A stretch of DNA of 64,000 bases, from contig NIVC01000114.1 in assembly GCA_002269645.1 (NCBI GenBank), positions 496,001 to 560,000 on the forward strand. Reading direction: 5' to 3'. This document shows positions 60,534-64,000 of the stretch, in pieces. The stretch's first letter is position 1. Each line of letters opens with the position of its first letter. The notes beneath the pieces are model-generated. The model did not search any database. It saw only the letters and a program-made list of their open reading frames with translations, and was not told the origin of the DNA. The position numbers were made by a program, and so were the translations under genes. The DNA is from Macrostomum lignano (taxonomy: Eukaryota).

Positions 60534-60974
60534 TACACCCTGCTGGACCTCACGGTCGTCGAAAAATGTACTAGCCAGAAGGAAATTACCCAGGTTGAAG
60601 GACTGGGGAGGCATGCTTTTGCCTTGTCTATCCACCGAAAACTAAACCAAATGAAAGCAAAAGCAGGTTGTTGCACCAGTATATCTAACGTCTGACAACT
60701 TTAGGAGCGCCCAATTATGCCTCGATTCGTGCCTGAAAGGCTAATCAGGGTGTCAAACTGGATTTCAGTAGGTGAAACTCAGTCTACAGCATGAAATTAA
60801 AAAAACTTCCATCATTCAATCATCCAGTTTCTTCACACTAGCTGGATGCATGCTGTCCATCTGCCGTTAGCATTCCAGTCCAAGATAGTGTCTGAGGACC
60901 CATTTTTCCTGGCCTCTGACACTTTCTCCGGTTCAGTAGTTGCCGCGTAGGTTGCAAGTGTTAAGGAGAAAACC

Positions 60975-61775
60975 CCTGGTGCTACAGTCCCTGTTGCTAA
61001 AGCCCCTGGTGCTAAAGTCCCTGTTGCTAAAGCCTCTGGTGCGAAAGCCCCTGTTGCTAAAGCCTCTGGTGCTAAATCCTCTGGTGCTAAAGCCCCTGGT
61101 GCTAAAGCCCCTGGTGCTAAAGCGCCTGGTGCTAAAGCCTCTGGTGCGAAAGCCCCTGGTGCTAAAGCGTCTGGTGCTAAATCCCCTGGTGATAAAGCCC
61201 CTGGTGCTAAAGCCCCTGGTGCTAAAGCCCCTGGTGCTAAAGCCTCTGGTGCGAAAGCCCCTGGTGCTAAAGCGTCTGGTGCTAAAGCCCCTGGTGCTAA
61301 AGCCCCTGGTGCTAAAGCCCCTGGTGCTAAAGCCCCTGGTGCTAAAGCCATTGGTGCTAAAGCCCCTGGTGCTAAAGCCCCTGGTGCTAAAGCCATTGGT
61401 GCTAAAGCCTCTGGTGCTAAAGCCCCTGGTGCTAAAGCCCCTGGTGCTAAAGCCTCTGGTGCGAAAGCCCCTGGTGCTAAAGCGTCTGGTGCTAAATCCC
61501 CTGGTGCTAAAGCCCCTGGTGCTAAAGCCCCTGGTGCTAAAGCCCCTGGTGCTAAAGCCATTGGTGCTAAAGCCCCTGGTGCTAAAGCCCCTGGTGCTAA
61601 AGCCATTGGTGCTAAAGCCTCTGGTGCTAAAGCCCCTGGTGCTAAAGCCCCTGGTGCTAAAGCCCCTGGTGCTAAAGCCCCTGATGCTAAAGCCCCTGGT
61701 GCTAAAGCCCCTGGTGCTAAAACCCCTGGTGCTAAAGCCCCTGGTGCTAAATCCCCTGGTGCTAAAGCCCCTGCT
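60975..61775. repeat. 15-bp minisatellite
   Basis: Unit gctaaagcccctggt, about 50 copies; open in five frames (LAPGA, GFSTR, KPLVL, AKAPG). Confidence 0.95.
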
Positions 61776-63270
61776 GCTGGCACCCGCACCCAAACAAAAT
61801 TCTTGTGGCACCCCTAGCTGAAATACACGAGCATCTTTATTTGATAATGCAAAAAATTTTTTCTCTTTTTACGAGTTAATTAGCCGGATTGTCACAAGCA
61901 GGAGGCGAAGACAAACAGAAAGAGATGAAATAACGCAAAAAGCAGCTAGCCGTAACTAAGCTGTTTTACTTCGGTTAGTTTAAATCGATTAAAATCGATT
62001 AGACGGTTTATTGCCCTTAAATAATATTTGTTTATTAAGAGGGCAGCAAAGGTACTGAATCAAATAAACAGACACTAAAAAATCAGACAGTACCCTAGAA
62101 AACAAGAGCCAGTGTAGACCATATTCTAGAAAGTGGAACAGATCAGTAATCGGTGATTATCTGCATAGCAATACATCTCGACAAAATCAACCTGAGATGT
62201 TGGGAACTTTTGAACAATTTGCAGCTGCAAGTACTCGAAGTAAGTAAAAATGAAAAAAATCATTGGATTAGCAGAAGAATAAAAAATTTAGATATATACA
62301 TCGTTTCTTATCAACTCCTGGTTGATTTTGATTTCTTCAGGAAAAAGAAATTTTAAGATAATATGGCGTTGTAAAAAATAAAAGCGTATAATAATGGGAG
62401 CAATATCGAAGGGATTGTACTGTTTTAATAGTAAAAAAGCACAAAATTTCATTTTAGTGAATTGGCTATGACGAACGCGGCATGAGCCATTTTACGAGTC
62501 GTAAATAATAGTCGTATCATATACGTAAGTAGATAGACGCAAAAATCAAAATACCGTGAAGCATAGGATACAAAATCTTAACTTCCATGCAAGCACATGT
62601 CCATGGCTAATTTCTGCGCTTTGGTAACTGGGGAGCAATTCGTAGATATAATGAGCATCAATCAAAAAAGCAAAGGGTAATCCGTAGGTCTTAATAAAGG
62701 TCGTAGTTAAGAAGATAAACTTGACACAAAGAAAAATCGTAAATTACTAAGACGACACTTTTGGTAAAAAAATTCTGAAATCTATCGCATACGAGCGTAC
62801 CTAAATACAAGCAGCTCATTTTAGTACATTGGATAAAATAAGTTAAATATGTGCTGTTAATCTGCGCAGGTTAAAGAGTGCAAATAAATTAGCAATGTTA
62901 AAAACAAGGCCACTGCTTTATCCCCCACCCGCCCTATCTTGTGAACCGTCACGGAAATCAATATTTTTGCTTCAATGCGCTAAAAAATACCGCCAAAAAT
63001 GAGTGCTAACAACATCCATTCCCAAACTTATGTTCAAATTTAGTCATGTAGAATTTTGCCTTTGTCCCCCCACCATAAATCTATGGCGATATCCATAGTC
63101 GCTTGTACTTCTAATTATGAGGCGATTCTTACGACTTCAACGTTTGGGATCTATTTGAAATAGGCTTAAAATTTGAGTTATGGCTTTAACATAATGGCAT
63201 TTCTAGAAAATAAAAAAAGTTTTTAATAGCCAAACTGGTCAAATTAGGCCGCGTGATCAGTTAAAAAGAG

Positions 63271-64000
63271 CTACTGCTGCTGACCCGAATCCATTGTAGG
63301 TGGACTAAGTTGTCCCCGAACTTCGACTGCACGGTCAGGCCTTACTAGGGCAAGCAGCTGTTCCAATTTTTTATCGATATCATCTATCCGCTGCTTGAGG
63401 TTTTCCAAGTCGTCACTCTTATCTGCCGACTTATGAGCACTTTCATGCTCATGCTTGCCATGCTGCTTCAGGTTATCCAGCATTTCCTGCACCTCTAATT
63501 TAAAATCCGCCAGCTCGTTGCCCGTGTGCGCCTTCACGACGTCGAAATCGTTTCTGTTCCACTGCGTGTCGCGCAGCAGGCGGGAGCGACAACGGCGAAA
63601 CTGAGTCGCTTGGAACGCCAAAAACCTGGTGTAATCAGCGGGGTAACTTTTCTTGTCCAGCCACCATCTCTTCGTTTTGTCGTTCTAAAAAAACAGAAAG
63701 GTAGCCGTAGATTTTCTTCAATGTTTGAGAAATTTATGAAGCGAAATCTGATGAAACTTACCATATCATCTTCGTTCATATTACCAGAACCATTGTTTGA
63801 ATTGCTGTCAGCAATTACTTTATTCTTCTTGCGATTGCAACATTTACTGTAAACGAATGTCGGAAAATTGAAGAAAAAGTACACCAAAAACGAAAATGGT
63901 GGCGGAAAAAGAGACATCTCTTGGTACTCTTGCAGCATCTCAAATGATCTCTTTCTCCAGATCCCGATAGCCACGCCGTACATTTGGGTGACTCGCAAAT
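63271..64000 (-). CDS. Ankyrin/TRPM-like TRP channel, paralog 3, 3' end only
   Basis: Exons >64000-63762 (RVTQMYGVAIGIWRKR..LQEY..FPPPF) and 63684-63271 (WWLDKKSYPADYTRFLAFQATQFRRCR...coiled coil). 77-nt phase-0 intron at the same position as in paralogs 1 and 2. Confidence 0.9.

Noticed and set aside
58450-60635. Older minus-strand ORF apparently rejoined when the BEN cassette is removed (DDREVQQGV|QPTALDLLDS)
   Set aside because: It is short, stop-interrupted and matches no recognisable protein, so it could be chance. It is useful only as an empty-site query.
60833-61821. Long repetitive ORFs (LAPGA, GFSTR, KPLVL, AKAPG) resembling an adhesive or structural protein
   Set aside because: The 15-bp unit is open in five frames, the variants show no clear synonymous bias, and there are no convincing flanking exons. 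Treated as a minisatellite; RNA-seq could overturn this.

Overview
Eukaryotic (metazoan, invertebrate) genomic DNA. The intron-filling minisatellites and gene set resemble a free-living flatworm such as Macrostomum; this is an inference and was not verified. All six recognisable host genes lie on the minus strand: FAM91A1 (partial), ULK4 (8 coding exons, 1387 aa), a Rab35 (5 coding exons, 215 aa), and a tandem array of at least three paralogous TRP channels (third partial). The channels join about 14-16 N-terminal ankyrin repeats to a TRPM-like pre-S1/S1-S6/TRP-box/coiled-coil module, nearly all in one ~4.2-kb exon. The second paralog has an in-frame TAG in its last exon. Most FAM91A1/ULK4/Rab35 introns are filled by a different minisatellite, which explains most repetitive ORFs in the supplied track. 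Mobile DNA is dense and often nested: a dead Ty1/copia element, a solo LTR, mariner/Tc1, hAT, P-like and MULE-like TIR elements, a LINE fragment, and four copies of a tRNA-derived CORE-type SINE. There is also a near-perfect ~2-kb 14-mer satellite and a TA-flanked inverted-repeat cassette carrying an intact coiled-coil+BEN-domain ORF but no transposase. The best novelty candidates are the ankyrin-TRPM-like channel array and the BEN-domain cassette. All exon boundaries and alignments were done by eye.
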